64,000 nucleotides of DNA. Source: Pelomyxa schiedti (Eukaryota; Protista; Evosea). Of this stretch, positions 1 through 13,390 are shown piece after piece. The stretch is taken from the NCBI GenBank assembly GCA_020536535.1, contig JAHLWZ010000424.1:1-64000 (forward strand). Reading direction: 5' to 3'. Every line of letters begins with the position of its first letter. Within the stretch, counting starts at the first letter, position 1. Position numbers and translations under genes: made by a program. The notes under the pieces are model-generated. The model had not been told where the DNA came from, did no database searches, and worked only from the letters and a program-made list of their open reading frames with translations.

Positions 1-275
1 CCTCGGAGAAGGTACGATCACTCCCACCACCGCCACAACCCACACTGCTGCCCCTCTTTGCCGCTGTGTCGCGCAGGTCACCACGCCTCGGTTTTACCTT
101 TGGCCCTGGTTCTCAGATACTTCACACTGCGATTCAAGCCTGTGACACCTACGCTGAAGGAAGTGAAGGAGGCCCTTTCCTGTTTTGAAAAAACAAAGAA
201 AAATTCAACAGCATCAGCCTTTTCTTTTACGAATAACCCCCACCCACTTTTTCTGTGAAACAAGCCTCGTTGGGA

Positions 276-1447
276 ATGGCTGCTGTGAAGGACTTGTGAG
301 TGATTGGTGTGCCACCCATAATAAACGCACTGACGTTGCCACACACAGTGACTATTTGGCGAAATTGCTTCTCATTGGCGACGGAGGCACAGGCAAAAGT
401 ACGGTTCCTGAATTCTTCTTTGGCTAATGTCACTCTCATTTTTGGTGCAGCCTCTCTTATACTGCGATTTGTGGTTAGTTTCCTCTTTTTGGAGTAACTT
501 TGAATTGTGCTATAAGGATGATGAATTCACATCGAGCTACATAAGTACCATTGGAGTTGATTTTGTGTGTGATACTGCCACTATCTTGCATTCTGCTCTC
601 ACAAATAAAAGAAAATTAGAACAGTTCAAGTGGGCTCCAAGATACTGAAAGCTCAAATTGTAGGCCTTTTTACTCCGTTTAAATTTGAGGCAATTTACTG
701 ACACATCATAAAGTGGGACACTGCTGGGGAAGAAAGGTTCTTTTCCCATGCTCACATAGACCAGTAACAATGGAATTAGATTCAGAACGATAACCAGCTC
801 ATGTAATTGTCTTACAATCAAATACATTTCCCTGATGCTAGCTTCCATTGCAAGATTACCGGGGGGCAAGTGGCATTATTGTAGTATAGTGTGTTACTGC
901 CATCCTAAACAAAAACATCTCACGATTCTCAGTGACATCACTGATAATAGCACCTTTCAAAATATTCCAGAATGGCTACGCTCAATAGACAGATACTGTC
1001 TGAAACCACCTCAAAAGATACTAGTTGGCACAAAGGTTGGCTGTTGTAGGGGGAATTAGATTCTCGCAGTAAATTAATTTCAAAATAAACCTTTGGATCC
1101 CCAGCTAACTACTTGTGTTATTTATTTAGCTGGACTTGGCCACTGCCAGTAGGCAGGTGGAATACAGCCAGGCCAAAGCACTTGCCGAAGAAAATTGCCT
1201 CAAATTTTGGTGTGTGCCTTACCATTGCCTATTCCAATATTTGTTCACTATTATGAACTAACACTTACAACGTATCCGCAGGGAGACATCATCCAAAGAC
1301 GGAACCAACGTGGAAGAAGCCATCATGTCACTCCTTGCTGATATAAAAAATATGAAAGAGGCTGAGGAACAAGCTGGAATCACATCACCCACAGGCACTG
1401 TATCCCTCCCGGACCCACACCCACCAGACAGCAAAACCTGTTGTTGA
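276..1447 (+). CDS. Rab-family small GTPase (Rab1/Rab8-like, atypical), multi-exon
   Basis: Spliced reading gives [53 protein letters not shown], ETSSK and a C-terminal CC prenylation motif before TGA at 1445-1447. Confidence 0.92.
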
Positions 1448-1539
1448 ATGTGGTTTGTATGCCAAGAAGTTGTATCTACTGCTTTCTTTTCTTGCATCCC
1501 TACTTCTCTTCTAGAGTGTTCTAAAAGAGGTTCTTTTTT

Positions 1540-3661
1540 TTAGAGGAGTTTGACGAGGGTTGTTGTTTTTGGTGTGTCGAATTTCAAGGTGTGCACTAGA
1601 ACTTTGTTTGGCATGGCCAGTTTGACTCTGAATTGAAGTGTTATGGTGACATCAACGGGCAAGGCGCTGTCAGAGGTAATGGGGCGAGTGACGGAGAACG
1701 GGGCACTCTTAATGTTCACAGCGTCAAAATCTGATGATCCTGGTGCACGTGGTATCTGAAACTGTACACTGCGGAGCAATGTCTCTAAATCGGCACTTGC
1801 ACAGCACGGTGCCGGCTGAACAAACGCAGTCCAGGACCTGCCTTCTGTACAGGAAGTGGTACAAGATGTTGCTGTTGTGGAGGAGGTTGTGGGTGTTGTG
1901 GTATTAGACAAGATTGAAGAGTTTGTGGGAAGGGGTGATGTGGGTATTCCAGTGTAAGAATTTCCAACTAGGAGACCTCCAGAGAGAAGGGCTCCTTGGC
2001 TGAGCCGAATACCTGCCTCGATGTAATATGAATCAACAGACTGATTTCAAATTAGTTTCCCAAACTCTTTTGAACAACTTACCTTGGGTTCTGTGATACT
2101 GGTAACGCGTCACGAGGATGCCAAACAGGGATAGGGTCCAACAGAATACCCAGATCCTCTAAGAGCAATGTAAAGACTTCGTCACATCTGTGCACGAAAT
2201 TAGACATAGTTGTTGAAGGAGTACACTACGTCGCCCAAATGCGGAGATGGGCCTGCTCATCATCAGGAGTTGCTTGTAAATTTATTATTACAGTCTGTTT
2301 TGGAATGAACATAAACGTGAGTCAAGGTAAATAATCCAGACCTTCTTGGCCATGAAAGGAAAGTGAGTGATGTGCCTACATTCTAGTCAATGCAGTCACA
2401 GAACTGTTAGATACCTGAGCGACATGGAGGTACCAGCAACAATGCACAGATCGGCTTTTGCACAATGTTCCTCTGCTTCATTCCAGTCGATCTAAAGGTT
2501 GCTTAATTAACAAACAATATCCAATAATTTATAATTGTATCATGATACTTTGTCTAGTCTTTCCCCAAAGTTAATATCTGAAATCAGTGGTGAGTTAAGG
2601 CTCTAGCAGGCAGTGAACTTACGGGTATCTTTAGTTCCTACATTTTTATCTCGGGTGGATATTAACCTGGGCCCGTCATTAAGAGAAAATTAAATGCCCA
2701 AGCCAAACCCGTTATCAGTAAAAGACGTGCCCGATCCTGTTTTTGCATGTTTAGTTTTTTCACCAGTGTACCCCTTGGGTAAGGTACTCCCACATCTGCT
2801 GCAAGTACCAAGTCCATGGTCATGCACATGAGTTTCTGACTGCCTGGTCTTGACAAGATAACGTGAGGATTTTCTTTGTCGATAGTGATTAGTTACATGC
2901 CAGTTCCTCTCAAAATCATAGCCACACCCAGTGCAGCGCTCGATGTAAATGTCACCATGTAAACATGCCAAGTTCACATGCCCCTGCAGTCCGGCCTTTC
3001 GAAAGATTCCATCCAAGTTGGTAGTCACCACAAAGTGTGCGAGCCCTACTCTAATAAGGGTTGCCATTGCCATGTGTGTATCGCTTGGTTGTGCATCAAG
3101 CATCTTTCAAGTCGTAGGAGAAGTTAGACTGCAGAGAAATGGTGTATTTTGCACTTACTGAGACTTTTTTATCTGCCTGGTATAACTGGTGTTAGATTTG
3201 ATGGTAATCTGGTAAAGTGACCTTTCTAAGTTCCTTGACCATATTTTCGAGTAGCATGTTAAGCTCTTTTTCTTCGTGGGGAGTTCTCATAGGATTACTT
3301 TCAAGCTCCTTAATGCGGCTTTTAGTCCAGGCACCAGACGGACCTCTGTAGTCCCCAACACCAGAAGAAGTAGACACACCAGCACCTACGAGGGAGAAGT
3401 GAGATTGGCGGCGTGAAAAAATAAAAGAAAAAAAGCGGACGTGTATGCGCGATCTCACACGAGAGGAAGAAAAAGTAAGATCTCACCAGTGAAGAACACA
3501 GTGTATGTGCTCTTCTTGATCATCTTACCCAAAGTGTGCACTTTTTTACGCAACCGAGCCGCATCGTCAACCCTTTCAGCACCACGTGTGGCGTCCACCT
3601 GGTAGTTTTATTATTTTATGATTTAAGAGGCCAACCGAAGTGGCGATACGGTGGATGACAT
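1540..3661 (-). CDS. NAD-dependent deacylase, class IV sirtuin (SIRT6/7-like), with C-terminal YEATS-like domain
   Basis: FTGAGVSTSSGVGDYRG, HFVVTTNLDG, LHGDIYIERCTGC...CSRC zinc ribbon, INFGE, IVAGTSM, IINLQ; last exon reads LLVGNSY...WTAFV...PFSVTR. The start codon is tentative. Confidence 0.88.
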
Positions 3662-3978
3662 CGAGAGCCGGGCAATCCAATATTCAAAGAAAATCACAAC
3701 AATGCACTCCAACAGCTGGATCTGGTTGAGATTAGCATTGGAGGCCGATCACCGAAGCGACTCCTTCATCATCAGAGTGAGTGTATTGGGAGTGGTTCTG
3801 CAGTGGGAAGAGAATCTTCAGTATGTCAGGTTCTCCTCGCAAAGCAAGCCATAATAAGGAACAGCACACGAGTGATTACACTTCAAGGAAATGGGACAAT
3901 AAGAAACAAAAATTTCCCCTTTGGTTCGAACACAGGAAAAAAAAAACAACCAAAGGGCGATAGGGGTGTTGTGTGTCG

Positions 3979-6900
3979 ATGGCGGGGACACCGGGGGCTA
4001 CGACACTGCAAGATCCAAACACGCCAGCCGTAGATCTTTCTACGCCCAATGACCTTACGAGCGCAAAAGATCTCAAACCCGACGACCAACATCACCGTCA
4101 CCACAGACATTCGTCGTCCGGAGGAACAGCCAAGCACTCACAGCACGGCACTGTGCCTGAGATGCACCAACTATCGCCAATGGGTGATTACGAAAGAGCC
4201 CGCCGTAGACCGCCGACCAGGTCTCACTCGCACTTTTCCATGTCACTTTTTTCTGAAGAAGATGGACCCCCAGTCAGTGGTGGCACTGGCGTATCCAATC
4301 CAATTTCGCGCTTGCACAGAAAATTATCTAGCAACTGCATGTCAACGACCTCCTCTTCTTCCTCACCTGCGATCTCCAGCTCAATGTTGGCAGCACCTCA
4401 TAATGTGGTTGCACCTGTTAAATCACAACTGGGTCTGCCAGCACAGCAACAGATGTTAGGTTTGGACGACAGTGGATCATTTAAGGGATTATTACGTCCA
4501 CCTGCAAAGTCACTGGGTAAAGTGGTAAGCCTCCAGATGCAGTTTGACAGTAATTTTTCTTTTTCCCTATCCTGACATACTTCGCCAGAGTAAAGGCTCA
4601 TCTAATCAACCAAGTGCCAGTACACCATGTTGTATTTTGGCCACACTCACATCACAAGTACCTTGCCTGCCAACAACGAATTCTACATCAACACAATTAG
4701 TAAGCCAAAACCGTAGCCCGGTGTGCAGTCCTCTTATGGGCCCTGTTACACCACCACCCAACCCTGCCCCATTCTCCTCTGTAGCAAATCTTCCTGGTAA
4801 CCCACCAAATGGTCTTCAGAGAAGTGCACCAAGTACACCCACTTCATCACCTCCCACAAGTGCAGCCCTTGCTTTTCACCCAAACAGTAACTCACCAGGT
4901 CTTGTGTCCCCTAGTCAAACAATATTCACTGCGCGAAAAATTGCAGCCCCAATAAAAGGTTTCTTTCTTTTTTTTTACCCTTGTTGCTTTGAATTTAAGT
5001 TTTTTTTTAGACTTTCATCGTCCTGCCAGATTTTTTGGTGTTCCTCTTGAGGCATTGAAGCAAGAACAGTTAACATTATCTCATTCACCAATCGTCCTTG
5101 ATCGAACCTTGAAATTTCTGAAACAAAAACTGATAACTTGTACACTACACATTTTCATATAATTCATAACCATTCCTTCTGCAGTATACTACCGAACCTG
5201 GAACACCCGGCAAGTAGGCACCTGGTTGGAAACAATTGGATTGGGAGAATACAAACGACAGTTTTCTAAGGCGCACATCAAGTCATTTCACCTGCACTTT
5301 CATCTCACAATTAAATTTGCCCAGTGGGGTCAAATTGAATTTGCTAAATGACGAGGACTTGGAAGCTCTCATAGAAAACACAGATCATGTACATCGTTTT
5401 GTCACAGAGCTTGCTCGTTTGGATGAAATAGCTGGTTTTTATCCCTTTGTATATCCCTATTAGCTTCTAATCTTGCACAGAGGTTGCTGTTACTGGTCAA
5501 GGCTTCCTGCATAACGAACTCTATACAGTTTTGGCCTTGATAGGTCTGCCACCTTCCTTACACAACTGTTTAACTCACCAACGAAAGATATGTGGGAAGC
5601 GGGGTCTATAATTGACTATTTCCAAGGGGACCATAGCCCCCGAACAATATCAACCCTCTTAAAGCTGTACCTTCGGTCAATTCCCGATCTTACAACTTCT
5701 TCAGAACTCTTTCTATCCCTCACAGCACGCGGTATTTATTCCCACCTTTCAATCCAGAGGTTATTTATTCCACCCACCAGTCAGTAATTGGTATAATATG
5801 GAGAACCCTCCACCAGATTATCCTTTACAAATATATGAAGACTTCATGCAGGCATTCAGATTTCAATCGAAAGTTCACCATGGTTTGTCTTTCTCTTTTC
5901 ATAAACATGGGGATTGTTTCTCTGTCGTTTATCATCTTTAGCGGTGTTGCAAGGAATGCTGGACTTCATACAAGATCTCTGCTGCAAAGAAAATTCACCA
6001 TGTTCCCAACTGGAGCTTGTCTGTACCGCATTTAGTGAGTGCATGTTTCGACCAGCTGATGACGACCAAGCAACTCTCTTCTCCAATACACTCAAACTAC
6101 TTGTAACAAACCACAAAGTTATAGAGGTATTGTTCCCTTTTTTTGGCTTATGGATTCTGAAAAAAAAAAGCCTGGAGCAAGCAATTGTTATGATAGCATC
6201 CCTCGCTCTCTCCTGTATGGAGAGGTTGTATTTTCTGTATTTGACAAGGCATGTCACCTCAAACAGTCCACAAGTTGAGTTAATTTCAACTTAGGTTCAT
6301 TGGTTCTTGGGATCTGTCCTCAACTTGAACGCTCTGTCCACCCCACAACTCAACAAGACTGAATGGGCTCCAGGGAAGGTTATTCTTTCCAATTGGCGAA
6401 TCATGTTCCTTCAGCTGGACTCCAAGGTTTTTCCTTTTGTTCTCCAATGTCTCATTTATGTAGCGAGTGGATGTGGACATGCCGTTCAGTAGCGTACAGA
6501 GAGTTACCCTTCCTAAAGGTCACACGCAAAACACTTTAGACAAAGGGTACTTTAGTAACTTATCTTGATAGGAAGTTCCTCAGAAGCGGCAGCTCGTGAT
6601 TCCATCCCTGTTGTAAAGCTAATTGGGCGAACTTTCTCCTCACTAACGTTGTTATTCCCATCCACACAAGATATCTCAAGGCACTGCCAGTCCCTTTGTT
6701 GAAGTCAATTAATTTTTTTAAGGTTCACAGAAAATCTCAAGGTTGGAATACGTGCTAAAGAATTTCCCTATGCAAACAAGTGCTGTCTCTTATTTTTCGA
6801 GCCATTTAACAAGAACCAAGGGAGTTCTTTGATTACACTGATAGAGCACAAACAGGGTATACAGTAGAAAACGAATTCAAGCGGATGGGCTGCTCAACTA

Positions 6901-9900
6901 ATTTTTCTATAGTTGAGGTAAGCCTTGTCTAAATGCAATATCCCAAATCCCCGTGACCCCTTTTTTTCAGCCGCAGCGCTTCAGTAGAAGTGACACATTT
7001 ACTATCTCCCCACAAAAAGCTGTGATCCCACAATTCTTTCTCAACTGTGACTACGAATTAGATAGGTAACCACCGGCCCTGAGAATACATTTATACATTT
7101 ATGACTTCCTTTAGAGTGCCTGCCTTGGTTTGGCGCTCTACTGTCAGTGGTGCTTTCGTCTTAAGGTCATTAAAGCACAACCCTGCCAGCCCAGAACAAC
7201 GATGCACTCATGGTAACACCTATAACACCTCGTTCCCACATTGGATTAAAAAAAACCAGAACAAAGGGCACCCAACCTGTTTACTGCTAAACTCCTCGAG
7301 TTCATGAAGGCATTCTCTCTGAAGGCAGTTACAGTTTCCTCCTCCCAGGACAAACCCTATCCACAAGCCCAGAGTGATATCGTGCTTCAACATGAGACCA
7401 CAGGAGCCATGGCGAAAATTTATTCCACCATGCACCAATTGTATGCGAGACGTTTTAGGAGATTACATTTATAGATTATAGGTTCACACAGTACAATACA
7501 ACAACAGACTGGAACAAGCAGTGGAGTAACACTCAGTCTTTGTGGGGTAAAAATATCCATTCGTTATTATTGGGTGCATTTGCCGTTTCCACGGCATTGA
7601 AAGCTAGACAAAACATTTTCCTTGACTTCCAGGTTCAAACCAAACGAACCTAACAAAAACCGCAATAATTTCTTAATAGAGTGAAGAAGATGGCAACGTG
7701 CCTATCCTCTCCTCCCTTCTTTGTTTGCTTCACGATCCCTTCTATCGTACTATAAAGGGATTGCAGATACTAATTGAAAAAGAGTGGGTTCATTACGGCT
7801 ATCCATTCATCTGGGACTCTGAGCCCTCTTTTTCAAACAATCCTCTTTCAGCGTCAGATGAATATTTCCCGGTGGCTTTCATTCAGTTTATGGACACTTT
7901 ATGGACACTGTGGAATATTTTTCCTTCTGCATTTGAGTTCTGTGAATCCCTAATGAGATTTCTGGTTGACCAACTTGTCACATCTCGCTTTGGTGACTTT
8001 GAAATGGGCCATGATGACGCAGATGATCACATTATGTGTGCTTTCAATACGTTGGAGAAAATTTATTCTCAGCTTTTTAATAGATTGTCAAATACTACGC
8101 CATCTGTGTGGGATTACGTTCGAAGGAATAAAAGTGCCTTCAAAAATTCCGTATATGACTCCAGGAATGGAGAAGTACTGGAGCTGGAACCTGGAGAGTG
8201 GAAAGCATTCACACCCCATTTTTGGTGTGGCTGTAAGTGGCCTTAGCTTTACATTACAAATATAATGGATTCCCAGTTTTTTTCCCCTGGCGACACCAAC
8301 TCCATGTGAAGGAAAAGATTTTGCGCTGGTTTGAGTCCCCCATGGGAGTTCTCGATGCTTCCAATCTCCAACTTTTTTTCTTCCCACCAGCACCAGTTTC
8401 CTCTCAGTCATTTGTATTCTCCCCATTTTTTCATTTTGGGAAATTGATTACGACAGGCTGGGATAACAGAGCTTAATCTTGATTTGAATAGCTTGACAAC
8501 CATCCCAAGTTGCATTTATGAAGTGCATTCCTTTATTCTTATTCTTCAAACTAACTAAGCTTTTCTACATTAGTGTGTAAGTCTAGAAAAGCTGAAGCTC
8601 TCGGGAAATAGTGTTCATAACATTTCCTCCATGCAAATTTCTCTAGTGGCGCAAAAGTGCAAACTAAGGTCCTTGGACCTCTCCAACAACAACATTAGCA
8701 CGATTCCCAACACCCTAAGTTCCATAGAATCTCTTTCGGAACTTAATCTCTGCCAAAATAAGTTACTCAGGTTAGGCTTTTTATGATTCCTAAACACCAC
8801 ATGACCAATACACAGTCCCTTACAATTTTTATCTGGGCTTCTGAATCTTCGTGTTTTGAAAGTGTCCAAGGCCTTATTCTGGACACATGATTTACCTACT
8901 GGTTTCCACATCACATCGACAGTTTTCGTGCTGACCTATACTTTTCTTTTAGGTTTTTCCGAACTAATTAGACTTGAAGAACTGTATGCTAGCGCCAATG
9001 AACTCAAGAGCATAAGTGATTCCATTGTGGAGTCTTGGGCTCCCTCGTTGCGTGTTCTGGACTTGAGTTGCAACGCACTGAAGTTTCATACAAAATTTCC
9101 TCTTCTGACAAAACTGGAAGTACTGAAGTTGCGTGACAACCAACTGGAGGCCCTGCCATTACGCATTGCCTTTATGACGTCGCTGGTTGAATTAGACATT
9201 TCCCAAAATAAGATAAAGGAGTTAACACCCGCTCTTGGTTCAGTTGTAACGCTGCAAAAGCTTGCAATTGAAAAAAACCCTTTGAAAAGTGTACCTCCAA
9301 CAATTGGGCTTCTTACCCGACTACAGTATGGTTGTCCTTTAAACCGGGATTACTAAAAGAAAAAAGGTTGGGATATTTCACACATGATGAATCTCTATTC
9401 CCTGTTGACCTCACAACCACAGGGGAGAAATTGGCTTCCCTCAGAGAGCCGCTGAGGCGCCAAGCTCCCTTTTTCCGAGCAAAAATCATTGTTGTAAGTT
9501 GCTCTGTATTTTTCTGCCAAGGTAATTTCCTGCAGCTCGGGAGAGAAAACGTTGGAAAAACAGTTTTAATGCAGTGTCTACTGAAAACTTCTCGACGACA
9601 TGCAGACAATCTAAAAAGTTATTCAACAGGTTTTTGTGCAGAGTTTTATCCGATTTTTTTAGCTTGACAACAAGATGGTGTGGATATCTCCCAGTGGAAC
9701 TTCAACTATAAGAAAGAGGACCAAACTCTCAACATTACTGTTTCCGTGTGGGATTTTGCTGGACAAAGTTGGAAGTTTCTATTACAAAATAACACTAATA
9801 TTATATCCAGTTATACATACCAACACCCATCAGTTCTTCCTCTCTGATCGGGCAGTTTACGTTCTTGTCTGGAAAATACCTTTAGGGGATATGGCCTGCA

Positions 9901-12900
9901 GAGTTCACTACTGGCTTGAAAACATTTCCACATCCGCTAAAAATGTATGTTGATGCCGGAAGACCAATTAACTCAATAAAAGGCTCTTGTATTTATTGTT
10001 GGCACACATTTGGACAGTGCTGATATGTCTGATAAGCAACTCGATGCTATCAAAAAAAAATATGAAAGTAGATGAACGTAAAAGAAAAATAGCAGTAACG
10101 ATTATGATAGAGCTATTCCCCTCTCTCCAGCTGCGTTTCCACATTGTTAGCAACACCACCAAGGACGGCTTGTCGCAGCTTAGAAAGAAAATACAAGAAG
10201 CTATTGTAAATCAACCTCACATGGGAGATCTTTATCCAGCCACCTTCTCTTTGTTAGAGAGTCAAATAAAAATATGGAGAGGGATCCCCCCGATTATCAA
10301 AGTGAAGGTTTTTCGAGGTCCTCCTTTCCTTTTTGAACTCACTCTGTATAGGACTGGGAATTCACTGCCAAGTGTTGCTTTATACACAGTGATCCACAAC
10401 TTGAAGTTGCTACTCAACTTTTTACTGACTTTGGGATGATAGTCCGATTTCCCAAGCATCCCCTTCTGAAGGATTTTATTATAACTGACCCTGGCTGGCT
10501 TCCCAAGGTAGACATATCTGCATGTTTATTATAATTTCAAAACCCAAATCAGATCATGTCCACAGTTTTCACAGAGAAACACAGATGGGTGCACGATGGG
10601 TTCCTTAGGTGACAACACCACACCTCAAATTGGTGAACTGACTCTTTTGTACTAGGGTCTCTGATTTAACTCACATTTGGAAAGCACCTCTTATTCCACC
10701 GCATCTCCACTCAACTCTGCTTCATCTTTTCTCTCTGTTTAACATCGCAACACTCATTGAAAGTGCAATGAACCCGTTCCTCCAATTACCACCAAACACT
10801 CAAGTACAGACAACAATGGTAAGGGATAGCCGTGACAAGTCTGAGGCAGCAGCTGTAAAATCCAAGACTCCCTCCCCTAAATTGGTATCCTTTCTACAAA
10901 AGGGGAAATTCTTATCTGCATATTTAGAGTGATTCAAACTCGGGTATTCTTTCTACTATCTCCGCAAGTGCTCCAAGTCCATCTTTGATATCAGCTCCCT
11001 CGAGCCCAATCCCAGGGAATCTTACTGTACCAGACGCACCAACACCAATCTCCATCCGAGAAGTATTTTCACGTGCCAGTACTCTCACTCTACGTGCAAC
11101 TGAGCAACCTTCTGCATCTGATGATGTTTGTCTTCCTGTCCCCAGTCAGAAGACATTTCCAACATGCCTACAGGTTTTATTAGAGCAACCATTGGAGCCA
11201 ATTGTTGCTGTTCAGTCCAGACTTGACCAAGATTCTTTAGTTCTACTTCCATCTCTTCTGCCAATGGACACACCCACATCTCTAGACACTGTAGTCTTCC
11301 TCCCATTTCCATCAAACTCAAAGAAGTATAAGATATGGCCAGCATACCACAAAACCGGGGATATGGAAATTGGAAGACAGTTCCAATTTCAGTACATCCC
11401 AGATGGACTCTTCTCGCGGTTCATTGTTGCCTTAGCAACACGGCACAAAATCTTGACAATATGGTACGAACGAATGAATAACCTAAGCGAACACAACGTA
11501 GGAGAAATGGCTTTGTGCTCGAAAGTACTCAAGAGCCCCCTAATCCACCTGTGAAATACCTTATCCAACAAGACGTAGAGGTAATAATCTTCACTTGGAG
11601 ACTCTTATTCTAATTTTTTTCAGCAAAATACAATCACGATTCGTTTGAGGTTCAACACAGAGGGAAGACCTGGTGAATACATGAAAATCGGGCCCATCCT
11701 TCAAGAAATACTTGAAAACTTAGGTTGTGAAATAAGTAGTTGGTTCAAGGTAGTTCCCCCATACTCACCTAGAGCCCACGTGACCTTGTATTAGGTTAAT
11801 GTGGCATCCTCAGCGATATGCCCACAATGTCTAAGATCGAGGAAGACAAAATACTTCCTCTTTTCCTCTGATGTGATCGAACAAGCAGTAAACGATGGCA
11901 CACAAGAGATACTATGTAACAACGAAAATGCCATGGTTCCAGTAGTCAGTATTGTTCCTGATAAAGTCACGCACCATCTTAAAACGGTAGGCTTTCCATC
12001 ACTTATGAAACTATCAATAATAAGAAATCAGCTGCATACAGCCAACATCCAGTGGGACCAATTAGAAGTGAAAGGAGTAATAGGTGAAGGAGCAGTAGCT
12101 ACAGTTTATCAGGTCAGCCATTCTTGCCGAATTTCCCTTACCCTTTTCACAGGCATTATGGAAAGGGGAACTTGTAGCTGCCAAACTTTTCAAACTGGAA
12201 AAGGAAGGCATTGGGTGTCTTGCGGGACACCCACCGGCCTACGACCTATCCTGCAAGGTGGTTGAATGTCGGAGAGAATTGCAAGTAATGAGGTAATCAA
12301 TCAGGCCAACATAGACATGCTGAAATATCATAGTCTCTTTAATCACCCAAATATACTGCGAATTATCGGACTTGTTACACAACCACTGTGCCTCGTTATG
12401 GAATTCTTGGATGGAGGGAATTTGCACTCCTACTTACACACAGATTCGATCGATATTTCTTGGCAGTACAGGTTGAAACTGGCAACTGATGTTGCCCGAG
12501 CAATGGCCACATTGCACAACAACGTTCCACCAATAATACACCGGTACCCCTTTCCTAACTTTTCAGTATCACTGAGTTTTTTTTTTTCTGAAAAAGGGAT
12601 CTGAAGAGCCCCAATGCATGCCTATCAATTTAGCTATGTCTTCATCTTATAATGAAACAGGTATTACTAAGAACTGGCGATCCTCCTACTGCCGTTTTAT
12701 GTGACTTCGGTCTGAGTGGTGAATTCTCACTCGCCACCATAGTTGCAGAAAATCCAGGTTTCTTTTCCTTTGAGGTGCCTGTTTATTTTTTCACGATGCA
12801 TTTTTTTTTTTTACAGTATGGGTTGCTCCCGAGGCACTCAGGGGGGAGAAATTCACTCTTGAGTGTGATGTGTATGCCTTTGGTGTTGTAAGTCCCCTAT

Positions 12901-13191
12901 CCTTATCATCCTGCACCCTTAGCTTCACTTAGATTTGCTGGGAACTTGCATCAAGGCAGGACTACTTTGGCGAACTTAAGTTCCTCAGTGAAATTGCCGA
13001 TGCGGTCGTAGAAGGCCGAAGACCGGCAATACCCAGTGATACCCCAGTGCGGTTCAAACAACTTATCGAGCAATGTTGGTGCCCTGGTATAGTGCCAAAC
13101 CTCCTACCCACTCTCTGATTCGTTTCAAACAGACCCAGCTGCAAGGCTCAACTTTTCTCAAATTTTGGATTTTCTGTATGATACACACTAG
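3979..13191 (+). CDS. Roco protein kinase: RhoGAP-like, myotubularin-like, LRR, Roc, COR and TKL kinase domains (Dictyostelium Roco9-like architecture)
   Basis: FFGVPLE and TLLKLYLRSIPD (RhoGAP); DPFYRTIKGLQILIEKEW and FPSAFEF (myotubularin); LRRs at about 8460-9330; LGRENVGKT, TDGVDI, VWDFAGQ (Roc); GEGAVATV, HRDLKSPN, DFG, WVAPE (kinase). Confidence 0.9.
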
Positions 13192-13390
13192 TACACTTAC
13201 ACACCAACCACTGTACAAACCCAGAATTGTACAAAAAGTGTAACACCATACCCCAAAGCAAAACGCAATCATCACCAGTATACTGAGAAGTATAAACCGA
13301 AATAATACTCTTGTCCAACTATTTGCTTTTCAAAATTTTTGTGGGTAACAACAGATAACAAATAACACAATAATATCTCACATATTTTGT

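Noticed and set aside
276-13191. Frameshifted pseudogenes suggested by fragmented ORFs
   Set aside because: Where checked, frame breaks are explained by short GT/GC-AG introns that restore conserved motifs.
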